From: Eledone cirrhosa
Taxonomy: Eukaryota
DNA length: 64,000 bases
Assembly (NCBI GenBank): GCA_964016885.1
Contig: OZ024744.1
Location: forward strand, 131,006,001-131,070,000
Direction: 5' to 3'
The translations under genes were made by a program, and so were the position numbers. Under the pieces are notes generated by a model. That model ran no database searches. It was given only the letters and a program-made list of their open reading frames with translations, and had not been told where the DNA came from. Positions 9,928 through 23,289 of the stretch are shown here, piece after piece (within the stretch, counting starts at the first letter, position 1; the number at the start of each line of letters is the position of its first letter).

Positions 9928-12900
9928 AGTCGGGGTTAAGTTAAGTTGGCGTTAAGTTAAGTTAGGCTTAACTTAAGTTGGGGTTCAGTTAAGTTGGGGG
10001 TAAGTTAAGTTGGGGGTAAGTTAAGTTGGGGTTAAGTTAAGTTGCGTTTAAGTTGGGGTTAAGTTAAGTTAGGGTTAAGTTAAGTTGGGGTTAATTTAAA
10101 TTGGGGTTAAGTTAACTTTGTGGTTAAGTTAAGTTGGGGTTAAGTTAAGTTGGGGTTAAGTTGGGGTTAATTTAAGTTGGGGCTAAGTTAATTTGTGGTT
10201 AAGTTAAGTTGGGGTTAAGTTAAGTTGGGGTTAAGTTAAGTTGGGGTTGAGTTAAGTTGGGGTTGAGTTAATTAGGGGTTAAATTAAGTTGGGGTTAAGT
10301 TAAGTTGGGGGTAAGTTAAGTTGGGGCTAAGTTAAGTTGGGGTTAAATTAAGTTGGGGTTACGTTAAGTTGGTGTTAAGTTAAGTTGGGGTTAATTTAAG
10401 TTGGGGTTAATTAAGTTGGGGTTAAGTTAAGTTGGGGTTAAGTTAAGTTGGGGTTTATTTAAGTTGGGGTTAAGTTAAGTTGGGGTTCAGTTAAGTTGGG
10501 GTTCAGTTAAGTTGGGGTTAATTTAAGTTGGGGTTAAGATGGGGTTAAATTAAGTTGGGGTTAAGTTAAGTTTGGGTTAAGTTAAGTTGGGGTTAAGTTA
10601 AGTTGGGGTTAAGTTAAGTCGGGGTTAAGTTAAGTCGGGGTTAAGTTAAGTTAGGGTTCAGTTAAGTTGGGGTTAAGTTAAGTTGGGGTTGAGTTAAGTT
10701 GGGGTTGAGTTAAATTGGGGTTGAGTTAAGTTGGGGTTGAGTTAAGTTGGTGTTGACTTAAGTTGGGGTTAAGTTAAGTTGGGGTTAAGTTAAGTTGCAG
10801 TTAAGTTAAGTTGAGGTTAAGTTAAGGTGCGGTTAAGTTAAGTTGGGGTTAAGTTAAGTTGGGGCTAAGTTAAGTTGGGGCTAATTTAAGTTGGGGCTAA
10901 GTTACGTTGGGGTTAGGTTAAGTTGGGGTTAAGTTAAGTCGGGGTTAAGTTAAGTTGGCGTTAAGTTAATTTGGGGTTAATTTAAGTTGGGGTTAAGTTA
11001 AGTTGGGGTTAAGTTAAGTTGGGGTTAAGTTAAGTTGGGGTTATGTTAAGTTGGGGTTAAGTTAAGTTGGGGTTAAGTTAAGTTGGGGCTAAGTTAAGTT
11101 GGGGCTGAGTTAAGTTGGGGTTAAGTTAAGTTGGGGTTAAGTTAAGTTTGGGATAAGTTAAGTTGGGGTTAAGTTAAGTTGGGGTTTATTTAAGTTGGGG
11201 TTAATTTAAGTTGGGGTTCAGTTAAGTTGGGGTTCAGTTAAGTTGGGGTTAAGTTAAGTTGGGGTTTATTTAAGTTGGGGTTAATTTAAGTCGGGGTTAA
11301 GTTAAGTCGGGGTTCAGTTAATATAGGGTTAAGTTAAGTTGGGGTTAAGTTAAGTTGCGGTTGTGTTAAGTTGGGGTTGAGTTAAATTGGGGTTGAGTTA
11401 AGTTGGGGTTGAGTTAAGTTGGTGTTCAGTTAAGTTGGGGTTAAGTTAAGTTGGGGTTAATTTAAGTTGCAGTTAAGTTAAGTTGAGGTTAAGTTAAGGT
11501 GGGGTTAAGTTAAGTTGGGGTTAGTTTAAGTTGGGGCTAAGCTAAGTTGGGGCTAAGTTAAGTTGGGGCTAAGTTAAGTTGGGGTTAAGTTAAGTTGGGG
11601 TATATTAAGTTGGGGTTAAGTTAAGTTGGGGTTAAGTTAAGTTGGGGTTAAGTTAAGTTGGGGCTGAGTTAAGTTGGGGCTGAGTTAAGTTGGGGCTGAG
11701 TTAAGTTGGGGTTAAGTTAAGTTGGGGTATATTAAGTTGGGGTTAAGTTAAGTTGGGGTTAAGTTAAGTTGGGGCTGAGTTAAGTTGGGGCTTAGTTAAG
11801 TTGGGGTTAAGTTAAGTTGGGGTTAAGTTAAGTTGGGGTTAAGTTAAGTTGGGGTTAAGTTAAGTTGAGGTTAAGTTAAGTTGGGGTTAAATTAAGTTGG
11901 GGTTAAGTTAAGTTGGGGTTAAGTTAAGTTGGGGTTAAGTTAAGTTGGGGATATGTTAAGTTGGGGATGAGTTAAATTGGGGTTAAGTTAAGTTGGGTTT
12001 AAGTTAAGTTGGGGTTAAGTTAAGTTGGGGTTAAGTTAAGTTGGGGTTAAGTTAAGTTGGTTAGTTAAGTTGAGTTTAAGTTAAGTTGGGGTTAATTTAA
12101 ATCGGGGTTAAGTTAAGTTAGGGTTAAGTTAAGTTGGGGTTGAGTTAAGTTGGGGTTGAGTTAAATTGGGGTTGAGTTAAGTTGGGGTTGAGTTAAGTTG
12201 GTGTTGAGTTAAGTTGGGGTTAAGTTAAGTTGGGGTTAAGTTAAGTTGTGGTTAAGTTAAGTTGAGGTTAAGTTAAGTTGGGGTTAAGTTAAGTTGGGGT
12301 TAATTTAAGTTGGGGCTAAGTTAAGTTGGGGCTAAGTTAAGTTGGGGTTAAGTTAAGTTGGGGTCAACTTAAGTTGGGGTTAAGTTAAGTTGGCGTTAAG
12401 TTAAGTTGGGGTTAAGTTAAGTTGGGGTTAAGTTAAGTTGGTGTTAAGTTAAGTTGGGGCTGAGTTAAGTTGGGGCTGAGTTAAGTTGGGGCTGAGTTAA
12501 GTTGGGGTTCAGTCAAGTTGGGGTTAAGTTAAGTTGGGGTTATTTTAAGTTGGGGTTTAGTTAAGTTGGGGTTCATTTAAGTTGGGGTTAAGTTAAGTTT
12601 GGGTTAAGTTGGGGTTAAATTAATTTGGGGTTAAATGAAGTTGGGGTTAAGTTAAGTTGGGGTTAAGTTAAGTTGGGGTTAATTTAAGTTGGGGTTAAGT
12701 TAAGTTGCGGGTAATTTAAGTTGGGGTTAAGTTAAGTTGGGGTTAAGTTAAGTTGGGGTTAAGTTAAGTTTGGGTTAAGTTAAGTTGGGGTTAAGTTAAT
12801 TTGGGGTTAAGTTGGGGTTAAGTTAAGTTGGGGTTTATTTAAGTTGGGGTTAAGTTAAGTTGGGGTTCAGTTAAGTTGGGGTTCAGTTAAGTTGGGGTTA

Positions 12901-13243
12901 AGTTAAGCTGGGGTTAAGATGGGGTTAAATTAAGTTGGGGTTAAGTTAAGTTGGTTAGTTAAGTTGAGGTTAAGTTAAGTTGGGCTTAAGTTAAGTTGGG
13001 GTTAATTTAAGTTGGGGTTAAGTTAAGTTGGGGTTAAGTTAAGTTGGGGTTAAGTCAAGTTGGGGTTAAGTTAAGTTGGGGTTGAGTTAAGTTGGGGTTG
13101 AGTGAAGTTGGGGTTAAGTTAAGTTGGGGTTAAGTTAAGTTGGGGTTAAGTTAAGTTGGGGTCAAGTTAAGTTAGGGTTAAGTTAAGTTGGGGTTAAGTT
13201 AAGTTGGCGTTAAGTTAATTTGTGGTTAAGTTAAGTTGGGGTT

Positions 13244-13443
13244 AACCCCAACTTAACTTAACCCCATTTTCACTCAAACCCAACTTAACTCAACCCCAAC
13301 TTAACTTAACCCCAGCTTCACTCAACCCCAACTTAACTTAACCCCAACTTCACTCAACCCCAACTTAACTCAACCCCAACTTAACTTAATCCCAACTTGA
13401 CTTAACCCCAACTTAACTTAACCCCAACTTAACTTAACCCCAA
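13244..13443 (-). repeat. Inverted cassette 7, subfamily A, 200 bp
   Basis: Matches cassette 1, including CCCCATTTTCACTCAAACCC and AATCCC. Confidence 0.93.
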
Positions 13444-14612
13444 AGTCGGGGTTAAGTTAAGTTGGGGGTAAGTTAAGTTGGGATTAAGTTGGGGTTAAGT
13501 TAAGTTAGGGTTAAGTTAAGTTGGGGTTAAGTTAAGTTGGGGTTAAGTTGGGGTTAAATTAAGTTGGGGCTAAGTTAATTTGTGGTTAAGTTAAGTTGGG
13601 GTTAAGTTAAGTTGGGGTTAAGTTAAGTTGCGTTTAAGTTGGGGTTAAGTTAAGTTAGGGTTAAGTTAAGTTGGGGTTAAGTTAAGTTGGGGTTAATTTA
13701 AATTGGGGTTAAGTTAACTTTGTGGTTAAGTTAAGTTGGGGTTAAGTTAAGTTGGGGTTAAGTTGGGATTAATTTAAGTTGGGGCTAAGTTAATTTGTGG
13801 TTAAGTTAAGTTGGGGTTAAGTTAAGTTGGGGTTAAGTTAAGTTGCGGGTAATTTAAGTTGGCGTTAAGTTAAGTTGGGGTTAAGTTAAGTTGGGGTTAA
13901 GTTAAGTTGGGGTTAAGTTAAGTTGGGGTTTATTTAAGTTGGGGTTAAGTTAAGTTGGGGTTCAGTTAAGTTGGGGTTCAGTTAAGTTGGGGTTAAGTTA
14001 AGTTGGGGTTAAGATGGGGTTAAATTACGTTGGAGTTAAGTTAAGTTGGGGTTAAGTTAAGTTGGGGTTAAGTTAAGTTGGGGTTAAGTTAAGTCGGGGT
14101 TAATTTAAGTCGGGGTTAAGTTAAGTTAGGGTTCAGTTAAGTTGGGGTTAAGTTAAGTTGGGGTTGAGTTAGTTGGGGTCGAGTTAAATTGGGGTTGAGT
14201 TAAGTTGGGCTTGAGTTAAGTTGGTGTTGAGTTAAGTTGGGGTTAAGGTAAATTGGGGTTAATTTAAGTTGCAGTTAAGTTAAGTTGAGGTTAAGTTAAG
14301 GTGCGGTTAAGTTAAGTTGGGGTTAAGTTAAGTTGGGGCTAAGTTAAGTTGGGGCTAAGTTAAGTTGGGGCTAAGTTAAGTTGGGGTTAAGTTAAGTTGG
14401 GGTTAAGTTAAGTCGGGGTTAAGTTAAGTTGGGGTTAAGTTAAGTTGGGGTTAATTTAAGTTGGGGTTAAGTTAAGTTGGGGTTAAGTTAAGTTGGGGTT
14501 AAGTTAAGTTGGGTTTAAGTTAAGTTGGGGTTAAGTTAAGTTGGGGTTAAGTTAAGTTGGGGTTAAGTTAAGTTGGGGTTAAGTTAAGTTGGGGTTAAGT
14601 TAAGTTGGGGTT

Positions 14613-14739
14613 AACCCCAACTTAACTTAACCCCAACTTCACTCAACCCCAACTTAACTTAACCCCAACTTCACTCAACCCCAACTTCCAACTTGACTTA
14701 ACCCCAACTTAACTTAGCCCCAACTTAACTTAAGCCCAA
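14613..14739 (-). repeat. Inverted cassette 8, subfamily B short form, 127 bp
   Basis: Matches cassette 2 at offset 10368. Confidence 0.93.
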
Positions 14740-16741
14740 AGTCGGGGTTAAGTTAAGTTTGCGTTAAGTTAAGTTAGGCTTAACTTAAGTTGGGGTTCAG
14801 TTAAGTTGGGGGTAAGTTAAGTTGGGGTTAAGTTAAGTTGCGGTTAAGTTGGGGTTAAGTTAAGTTAGGGTTAAGTTAATTTGGGGTTGAGTTAAGTTGG
14901 GGTTAATTAAGTGGTGGTTATGTTAAGTTGGGGTTAAGTTAAGTTGGGGTTAATTTAAATTGGGGTTAAGTTAACTTTGTGGTTAAGTTAAGTTGGGGTT
15001 AAGTTAAGTGGGGGTAAAGTTGGGGTTGAGTTAAGTTGGGGTTGAGTGAAGTTGGGGTTAAGTTAAGTTGGGGTTAAGTTAAGTTGGGGTTAAGATAAGT
15101 CGGGGTTAAGTTAAGTTGTGGTTGAGTTAAGTTGGGGTTAATTTAAGTTGGGGCTAAGTTAATTTGTGGTTAAGTTAAGTTGGGGTTAAGTTAAGTTGGG
15201 GTTAAGTTAAGTTGGGGTTGAGTTAAGTTGGGGTTGAGTTAATTTGGGGTTAAGTTAAGTTGGGGTTAAGTTAAGTTGGGTTTAAGTTAAGTTGGGGTTA
15301 AATTAAGTTGGGGTTAAATTAAGTTGGGGTTGAGTTAAGTTGGGGGTAAGTTAAGTTGGGGGCAAGTTAAGTTGGGGTTAATTTAAGTTGGGGTTAAATT
15401 AAGTTGGGGTTACGTTAAGTTGGTGTTAAGTTAAGTTGGGGTTAATTTAAGTTGGGGTTAATTAAGTTGGGGTTAAGTTAAGTTGGGGTTAAGTTAAGTT
15501 GGGGTTAAGTTAAGTTGGTGTTAAGTTAAGTTGGGGCTAAGTTAAGTTGGGGCTGAGTTAAGTTGGGGCTGAGTTAAGTTGGGGCTAAGTTAAGTTGGGG
15601 TTGAGTTATGTTGGGGTTAAGTTAAGTTGGGGTCAAGTTAAGTTGGGGTTAAGTTGGGGTTAAGTTAAGTTAGGTTTAAGTTAAGTTGGGGTTAAGTTAA
15701 GTTGGGGTTAAGTTAAGTTGGGGTTAAGTTAAGTTAGGTTTAAGTTAAGTTGGGGTTAAGTTAAGTTGGGGTTAAGTTAAGTTGGGGTTAAGTTAAGTTG
15801 GGGTTAAGTTAAGTTGAGGTTAAGTTAAGTTGGGGTTAAATTAAGTTGGGGTTAAGTTAAGTTGGGGTTAAGTTAAGTTGGGGATAAGTTAAGTTGGGGA
15901 TAATTTAAGTTGGGGTTAAGTTAAGTTGGGTTTAAGTTAAGTTGGGGTTAAGTTAAGTTGGGGTTAAGTTAAGTTGGGGTTAAGTTAAGTTGGGGTTAAG
16001 TTAAGTTGGGGTTCAGTTAAGTTGGGGTTCAGTTAAGTTGGGGTTAAGTTAAGTTGGGGTTAAGATGGGGCTAAATTAAGTTGGGGTTAAGTTAAGTTGG
16101 GGTTAAGTTAAGTTGGGGTTAAGCTAAGTTGGGGTTAAGTTAAGTCGGGGTTAAGTTAAGTCGGGGTTAAGTTAAGTTAGGGTTCAGTTAAGTTGGGGTT
16201 AAGTTAAGTTGGGGTTGAGTTAAGTTGGGGTTGAGTTAAATTGGGGTTAAGTTAAGTTGGGGTTGAGTTAAGTTGGTGTTGAGTTAAGTTGGGGTTAAGT
16301 TAAGTTGGGGTTAAGTTAAGTTGCAGTTAAGTTAAGTTGAGGTTAAGTTAAGGTGCGGTTAAGTTAAGTTGGGGTTAAGTTAAGTTGGGGCTAAGTTAAG
16401 TTGGGGCTAAGTTAAGTTGGGGCTAAGTTAAGTTGGGGTTAAGTTAAGTCGGGGTTAAGTTAAGTTGGGGTTAAGTTAAGTTGGGGTTAATTTAAGTTGG
16501 GGTTAAGTTAAGTTGGGGTTAAGTTAAGTTGGGGTTAAGTTAAGTTGGGGTTAAGTTAAGTTGGGTTTAAGTTAAGTTGGGGTTAAGTTAAGTTGGGGTC
16601 AAGTTAAGTTGGGGTTAAGTTAAGTTGGTTAGTTAAGTCGAGTTTAAGTTAAGTTGGGGTTAATTTAAGTTGGGGTTAAGTTAAGTTGGGGTTAAGTTAA
16701 GTTGGGGTTAAGTTAAGTTGGGGTTAAGTTAAGTTGGGGTT

Positions 16742-16941
16742 AACCCCAACTTAACTTAACCCCAACTTCACTCAACCCCAACGTAACTCAACCCCAACTT
16801 AACTTAACCCCAACTTCACTCAACCCCAACTTAACTTAACCCCAACTTCACTCAACCCCAACTTAAGTCAACCCCAACTTAACTTAACCCCAACTTGACT
16901 TAACCCCAACTTAAATTAGCCCCAACTTAACTTAAGCCCAA
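16742..16941 (-). repeat. Inverted cassette 9, subfamily B, 200 bp
   Basis: Dyad start; AAATTAGCCCC; ends AAGCCCAAAGTCGGGG. Confidence 0.93.
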
Positions 16942-18609
16942 AGTCGGGGTTAAGTTAAGTTGGCGTTATGTTAAGTCAGGCTTAACTTAAGTTGGGGTTC
17001 AGTTAAGTTGGCAGTAAGTTAAGTTGGGGGTAAGTTAAGTTGGGGTTAAATTAAGTTGCGGTTAAGTTGGGGTTAAGTTAAGTTAGGGTTAAGTTAAGTT
17101 GGGGTTGAGTTAAGTTGGGGTTAATTAAGTGGTGGTTATGTTAAGTTGGGGTTAATTTAAATTGGGGTTAAGTTAACTTTGTGGTTAAGTTCAGTTGGGG
17201 TTAAGTTAAGTTGGGGTTAAGTTGGGGTTGAGTTAAGTTGGGGTTGAGTGAAGTTGGGGTTAAGTTAAGTTGGGGTAAAGTTAAGTTGGGGTTAAGTTAA
17301 GTCGGGGTTGAGTTAAGTTGTGGTTGAGTTAAGTTGGGGTTAATTTAAGTTGGGGCTAAGTTAATTTGTGGTTAAGTTAAGTTGGGGTTAAGTTAAGTTG
17401 GGTTTAAGTTAAGTTGGGGTTAAATTAAGTTGGGGTTAAATTAAGTTGGGGTTAAGTTAAGTTGGGGGTAAGTTAAGTTGGGGGCAAGTTAAGTTGGGGC
17501 TAAGTTAAGTTGGGGTTAAATTAAGTTGGGGTTACGTTAAGTTGGTGTTAAGTTAAGTTGGGGTTAATTTAAGTTGGGGTTAATTAAGTTGGGGTTAATT
17601 TAAGTTGGGGTTAAGTTAAGTTGGGGTTAATTTAAGTTGGGGTTGAGTTAAGTTGGGGTTAATTTAAGTTGGGGTTATATTAAGTTGGGGTTAAGTTAAG
17701 TTGGGGTTAATTTAAGTTGGGGTTAAGTTAAGTTGGGGTTTATTTAAGTTGGGGTTAAGTTAAGTTGGGGTTCAGTTAAGTTGGGGTTCAGTTAAGTTGG
17801 GGTTAAGTTAAGTTGGGGTTAAGATGGGGTTAAATTAAGTTGGGGTTAAGTTAAGTTGGGGTCAAGTTAAGTTGGGGTTAAGTTAAGTTGGGGTTAAGTT
17901 AAGTCGGGGTTAAGTTAAGTCGGGGTTAAGTTAAGTTAGGGTTCAGTTAAGTTGGGGTTAAGTTAAGTTGGGGTTGAGTTAAGTTGGGGTTGAGTTAAAT
18001 TGGGGTTGAGTTAAGTTGGGGTTGAGTTAAGTTGGTGTTGAGTTAAGTTGGGGTTAAGTTAAGTTGGGGTTAAGTTAAGTTGCAGTTAAGTTAAGTTGAG
18101 GTTAAGTTAAGGTGCGGTTAAGTTAAGTTGGGGTTAAGTTAAGTTGGGGCTAAGTTAAGTTGGGGCTAAGTTAAGTTGGGGTTAAGTTAAGTTGGGGTTA
18201 AGTTAAGTCGGGGTTAAGTTAAGTTGGGGTTAAGTTAAGTTGGGGTTAAGTTAAGTTGGGGTTAAGTTAAGTTGGGGTTAAGTTAAGTTGGGTTTAAGTT
18301 AAGTTGGGGTTAAGTCAAGTTGGGGTTAAGTTAAGTTGGGGTTAAGTTTAGTTGGTTAGTTAAGTTGAGTTTAAGTTAAGTTGGGGTTAATTTAAGTTGG
18401 AGTTAAGTTAATATGGGGTTAAGTTAAGTTGGGGTTAAGTTAAGTTGGGTTTAAGTTAAGTTGGGGTTAAGTTAAGTTGGGGTCAAGTTAAGTTGGGGTT
18501 AAGTTAAGTTGGTTAGTTAAGTCGAGTTTAAGTTAAGTTGGGGTTAATTTAAGTTGGGGTTAAGTTAAGTTGGGGTTAAGATAAGTTGGGGTTAAGTTAA
18601 GTTGGGGTT

Positions 18610-18761
18610 AACCCCAACTTAACTTAACCCCAACTTCACTCAACCCCAACGTAACTCAACCCCAACTTAACTTAACCCCAACTTCACTCAACCCCAACTT
18701 AACTTAACCCCAACTTCACTCAACCCCAACTTATGTCAACCCCAACTTAACTTAAGCCCAA
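18610..18761 (-). repeat. Inverted cassette 10, subfamily B, 152 bp (200 minus 3 monomers)
   Basis: Dyad start; TTATGTCAAC; ends AAGCCCAAAGTCGGGG. Confidence 0.92.
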
Positions 18762-20208
18762 AGTCGGGGTTAAGTTAAGTTGGCGTTATGTTAAGTCAGG
18801 CTTAACTTAAGTTGGGGTTCAGTTAAGTTGGGGGTAAGTTAAGTTGGGGGTAAGTTAAGTTGGGGTTAAGTTAAGTTGCGGTTAGGTTGGGGTTAAGTTA
18901 AGTTAGGGTTAAGTTAAGTTGGGGTTGAGTTAAGTTGGGGTTAATTAAGTGGTGGTTATGTTAAGTTGGGGTTAATTTAAATTGGGGTTAAGTTAACATT
19001 GTGGTTAAGTTAAGTTGGGGTTAAGTTAAGTTGGGGTTAAGTTGGGGTTGAGTTAAGTTGGGGTTGAGTGAAGTTGGGGTTAAGTTAAGTTGGGGTAAAG
19101 TTAAGTTGGGGTTAAGTTAAGTCGGGGTTAAGTTAAGTTGTGGTTGAGTTAAGTTGGGGTTAATTTAAGTTGGGGCTAAGTTAATTTGTGGTTAAGTTAA
19201 GTTGGGGTTAAGTTAAGTTGGGGTTGAGTTAAGTTGGGGTTGAGTTAATTTGGGGTTAAGTTAAGTTGGGGTTAAGTTAAGTTGGGTTTAAGTTAAGTTG
19301 GGGTTAAATTAAGTTGGGGTTAAATTAAGTTGGGGTTAAGTTAAGTTGGGGGTAAGTTAAGTTGGGGGCAAGTTAAGTTGGGGCTAAGTTAAGTTGGGGT
19401 TAAATTAAGTTGGGGTTACGTTAAGTTGGTGTTAAGTTAAGTTGGGGTTAATTTAAGTTGGGGTTAATTAAGTTGGGGTTAATTTAAGTTGGGGTTAAGT
19501 TAAGTTGGGGTTAATTTAAGTTGGGGTTGAGTTAAGTTGGGGTTAAGTTAAGTTGGGGTTATATTAAGTTGGGGTTAAGTTAAGTTGGGGTTAAGTTAAG
19601 TTGGGGTTAAGTTAAGTTGGGGTTTATTTAAGTTGGGGTTAAGTTAAGTTGGGGTTCAGTTAAGTTGGGGTTCAGTTAAGTTGGGGTTAAGTTAAGTTGG
19701 GGTTAAGATGGGGTTCAATTAAGTTGGGGTTAAGTTAAGTTGGGGTCAAGTTAAGTTGGGGTTAAGTTAAGTTGGGGTTAAGTTAAGTCGGGGTTAAGTT
19801 AAGTCGGGTTTAAGTTAAGTTAGGGTTCAGTTAAGTTGGGGTTAAGTTAAGTTGGGGTTGAGTTAAGTTGGGGTTGAGTTAAATTGGGGTTGAGTTAAGT
19901 TGGGTTTGAGTTAAGTTGGTGTTGAGTTAAGTTGGGGTTAAGTTAAGTTGGGGTTAAGTTAAGTTGGGGTTAATTTAAGTTGGGGTTAATTTAAGTTGGG
20001 GTTAATTTAAGTTGGGGTTAAGTTAAGTTGGGGTTAAGTTAAGTTGGGGTTAAGTTAAGTTGGGTTTAAGTTAAGTTGGGGTTAAGTTAAGTTGGGGTCA
20101 AGTTAAGTTGGGGTTAAGTTAAGTTGGTTAGTTAAGTCGAGTTTAAGTTAAGTTGGGGTTAATTTAAGTTGGGGTTAAGTTAAGTTGGGGTTAAGTTAAG
20201 TTGGGGTT

Positions 20209-20408
20209 AACCCCAACTTAACTTAACCCCAACTTCACTCAACCCCAACTTCACTCAACCCCAACTTAACTTAACCCCAACTTCACTCAACCCCAACTTA
20301 ACTTAACCCCAACTTCACTCAACCCCAACTTAAGTCAACCCCAACTTAACTTAACCCCAACTTGACTTAACCCCAACTTAAATTAGCCCCAACTTAACTT
20401 AAGCCCAA
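20209..20408 (-). repeat. Inverted cassette 11, subfamily B, 200 bp
   Basis: Matches cassette 3 at offset 14837. Confidence 0.93.
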
Positions 20409-21604
20409 AGTCGGGGTTAAGTTAAGTTGGCGTTATGTTAAGTCAGGCTTAACTTAAGTTGGGGTTCAGTTAAGTTGGGGGTAAGTTAAGTTGGGGGTAA
20501 GTTAAGTTGGGGTTAAGTTAAGTTGCGGTTAAGTTGGGGTTAAGTTAAGTTAGGGTTAAGTTAAGTTGGGGTTGAGTTAAGTTGGGGTTAATTAAGTGGT
20601 GGTTATGTTAAGTTGGGGTTAATTTAAATTGGGGTTAAGTTAACATTGTGGTTAAGTTAAGTTGGGGTTAAGTTAAGTTGGGGTTAAGTTGGGGTTGAGT
20701 TAAGTTGGGGTTGAGTGAAGTTGGGGTTAAGTTAAGTTGGGGTAAAGTTAAGTTGGGGTTAAGTTAAGTCGGGGTTAAGTTAAGTTGTGGTTGAGTTAAG
20801 TTGGGGTAAAGTTAAGTTGGGGTTAAGTTAAGTTGGGGTTAAGTTAAGTTGGGGTTGAGTTAAGTTGGGGTTGAGTTAATTTGGGGTTAAGTTAAGTTGG
20901 GGTTAAGTTAAGTTGGGTTTAAGTTAAGTTGGGGTTAAATTAAGTTGGGGTTAAATTAAGTTGGGGTTAAATTAAGTTGGGGTTACGTTAAGTTGGTGTT
21001 AAGTTAAGTTGGGGTTAATTTAAGTTGGGGTTAATTAAGTTGGGGTTAATTTAAGTTGGGGTTAAGTTAAGTTGGGGTTAATTTAAGTTGGGGTTGAGTT
21101 AAGTTGGGGTTAAGTTAAGTTGGGGTTATATTAAGTTGGGGTTAGGTTAAGTTGGGGTTAAGTTAAGTTGGGGTTAAGTTAAGTTGGGGTTTATTTAAGT
21201 TGGGGTTAAGTTAAGTTGGGGTTAATTTAAGTTGGGGTTGAGTTAAGTTGGTGTTGAGTTAAGTTGCGGTTATGTTAAGTTGGGGTTAAGTTAAGTTGGG
21301 GTTAAGTTAAGTTGGGGCTGAGTTAAGTTGGGGCTGAGTTAAGTTGGGGTTAAGTTAAGTTGGGGTTAAGTTAAGTCGGGGTTAAGTTAAGTTGGGGTTA
21401 AGTTAAGTTGGGGTTAAGTTAAGTTGGGGTTAAGTTAAGTTGGGGTTAAGTTAAGTTGGGTTTAAGTTAAGTTGGGGTTAAGTTAAGATGGGGTCAAGTT
21501 AAGTTGGGGTTAAGTTAAGTTGGTTAGTTAAGTTGAGTTTAATTTAAGTTGGGGTTAATTTATGTTGGGGTTAAGTTAAGTTGGGGTTAAGTTAAGTTGG
21601 GGTT

Positions 21605-21804
21605 AACCCCAACTTAACTTAACCCCAACTTCACTCAACCCCAACGTAACTCAACCCCAACTTAACTTAACCCCAACTTCACTCAACCCCAACTTAACTT
21701 AACCCCAACTTCACTCAACCCCAACTTAAGTCAACCCCAACTTAACTTAACCCCAACTTGACTTAACCCCAACTTAACTTAGCACGAACTTAACTTAAGC
21801 CCAA
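21605..21804 (-). repeat. Inverted cassette 12, subfamily B, 200 bp
   Basis: Matches cassette 4 (TAGCACGAAC) at offset 14773. Confidence 0.93.
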
Positions 21805-23089
21805 AGTCGGGGTTAAGTTAAGTTGGCGTTAAGTTAAGTTAGGCTTAACTTAAGTTGGGGTTCAGTTAAGTTGGGGGTAAGTTAAGTTGGGGGTAAGTTA
21901 AGTTGGGGTTAAGTTAAGTTGCGTTTAAGTTGGGGTTAAGTTAAGTTAGGGTTAAGTTAAGTTGGGATTAAGTTAAGTTGGGGATAATTTAAGTTGGGGT
22001 TAAGTTGGGGTTAATTTAACTTGGGGCTAAGTTAATTTGTGGTTAAGTTAAGTTGGGGTTAAGTTAAGTTGGGGTTAAGTTAAGTTGGGGTTGAGTTAAG
22101 TTGGGGTTGAGTTAATTTGGGGTTAATTTAAGTTGGGGTTAAGTTAAGTTGGGTTTAAGTTAAGTTGGGGTTAAATTAAGTTGGGGTTAAATTAAGTTGG
22201 GGTTAAGTTAAGTTGGGGGTAAGTTAAGTTGGGGGCAAGTTAAGTTGGGGCTAAGTTAAGTTGGGGTTAAATTAAGTTGGGGTTACGTTAAGTTGGTGTT
22301 AAGTTAAGTTGGGGTTAATTTAAGTTGGGGTTAATTAAGTTGGGGTTAAGTTAAGTTGGGGTTAAGTTAAGTTGGGGTTTATTTAAGTTGGGGTTAAGTT
22401 AAGTTGGGGTTCAGTTAAGTTGGGGTTCAGTTAAGTTGGGGTTAAGTTAAGTTGGGGTTAAGATGGGGTTAAATTAAGTTGGGGTTAAGTTAAGTTGGGG
22501 TTAAGTTAAGTTGGGGTTAAGTTAAGTTGGGGTTAAGTTAAGTCGGGGTTAAGTTAAGTCGGGGTTAAGTTAAGTTAGGGTTCAGTTAAGTTGGGGTTAA
22601 GTTAAGTTGGGGTTGAGTTAAGTTGGGGTTGAGTTAAATTGGGGTTGAGTTAAGTTGGGGTTGAGTTAAGTTGGTGTTGAGTTAAGTTGCGGTTATGTTA
22701 AGTTGGGGTAAGTTAAGTTGGGGTTAAGTTAAGTTGGGGCTAAGTTAAGTTGGGGCTGAGTTAAGTTGGGGTTAAGTTAAGTTGGGGTTAAGTTAAGTCG
22801 GGGTTAAGTTAAGTTGGGGTTAAGTTAAGTTGGGGTTAAGTTAAGTTGGGGTTAATTAAGTTGGGGTTAAGTTAAGTTGGGGTTAAGTTTAGTTGGGTTT
22901 AAGTTAAGTTGGGGTTAAGTTAAGTTGGGGTCAAGTTAATTTGGGGTTAAGTTAAGTTGGTTAGTTAAGTTGAGTTTAAGTTAAGTTGGGGTTAATTTAT
23001 GTTGGGGTTAAGTTAAGTTGGGGTTAAGTTAAGTTGGGGTTAAGTTAAGTTGGGGTTAAGTTAAGTTGGGGTTAAGTTAAGTTGGGGTT

Positions 23090-23289
23090 AACCCCAACTT
23101 AACTTAACCCCAACGTAACTCAACCCCAACGTAACTCAACCCCAACTTAACTTAACCCCAACTTCACTCAACCCCAACTTAACTTAACCCCAACTTCACT
23201 CAACCCCAACTTAAGTCAACCCCAACTTAACTTAACCCCAACTTGACTTAACCCCAACTTAACTTAGCACCAACTTAACTTAAGCCCAA
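23090..23289 (-). repeat. Inverted cassette 13, subfamily B, 200 bp
   Basis: Matches cassette 5 at offset 14773. Confidence 0.93.
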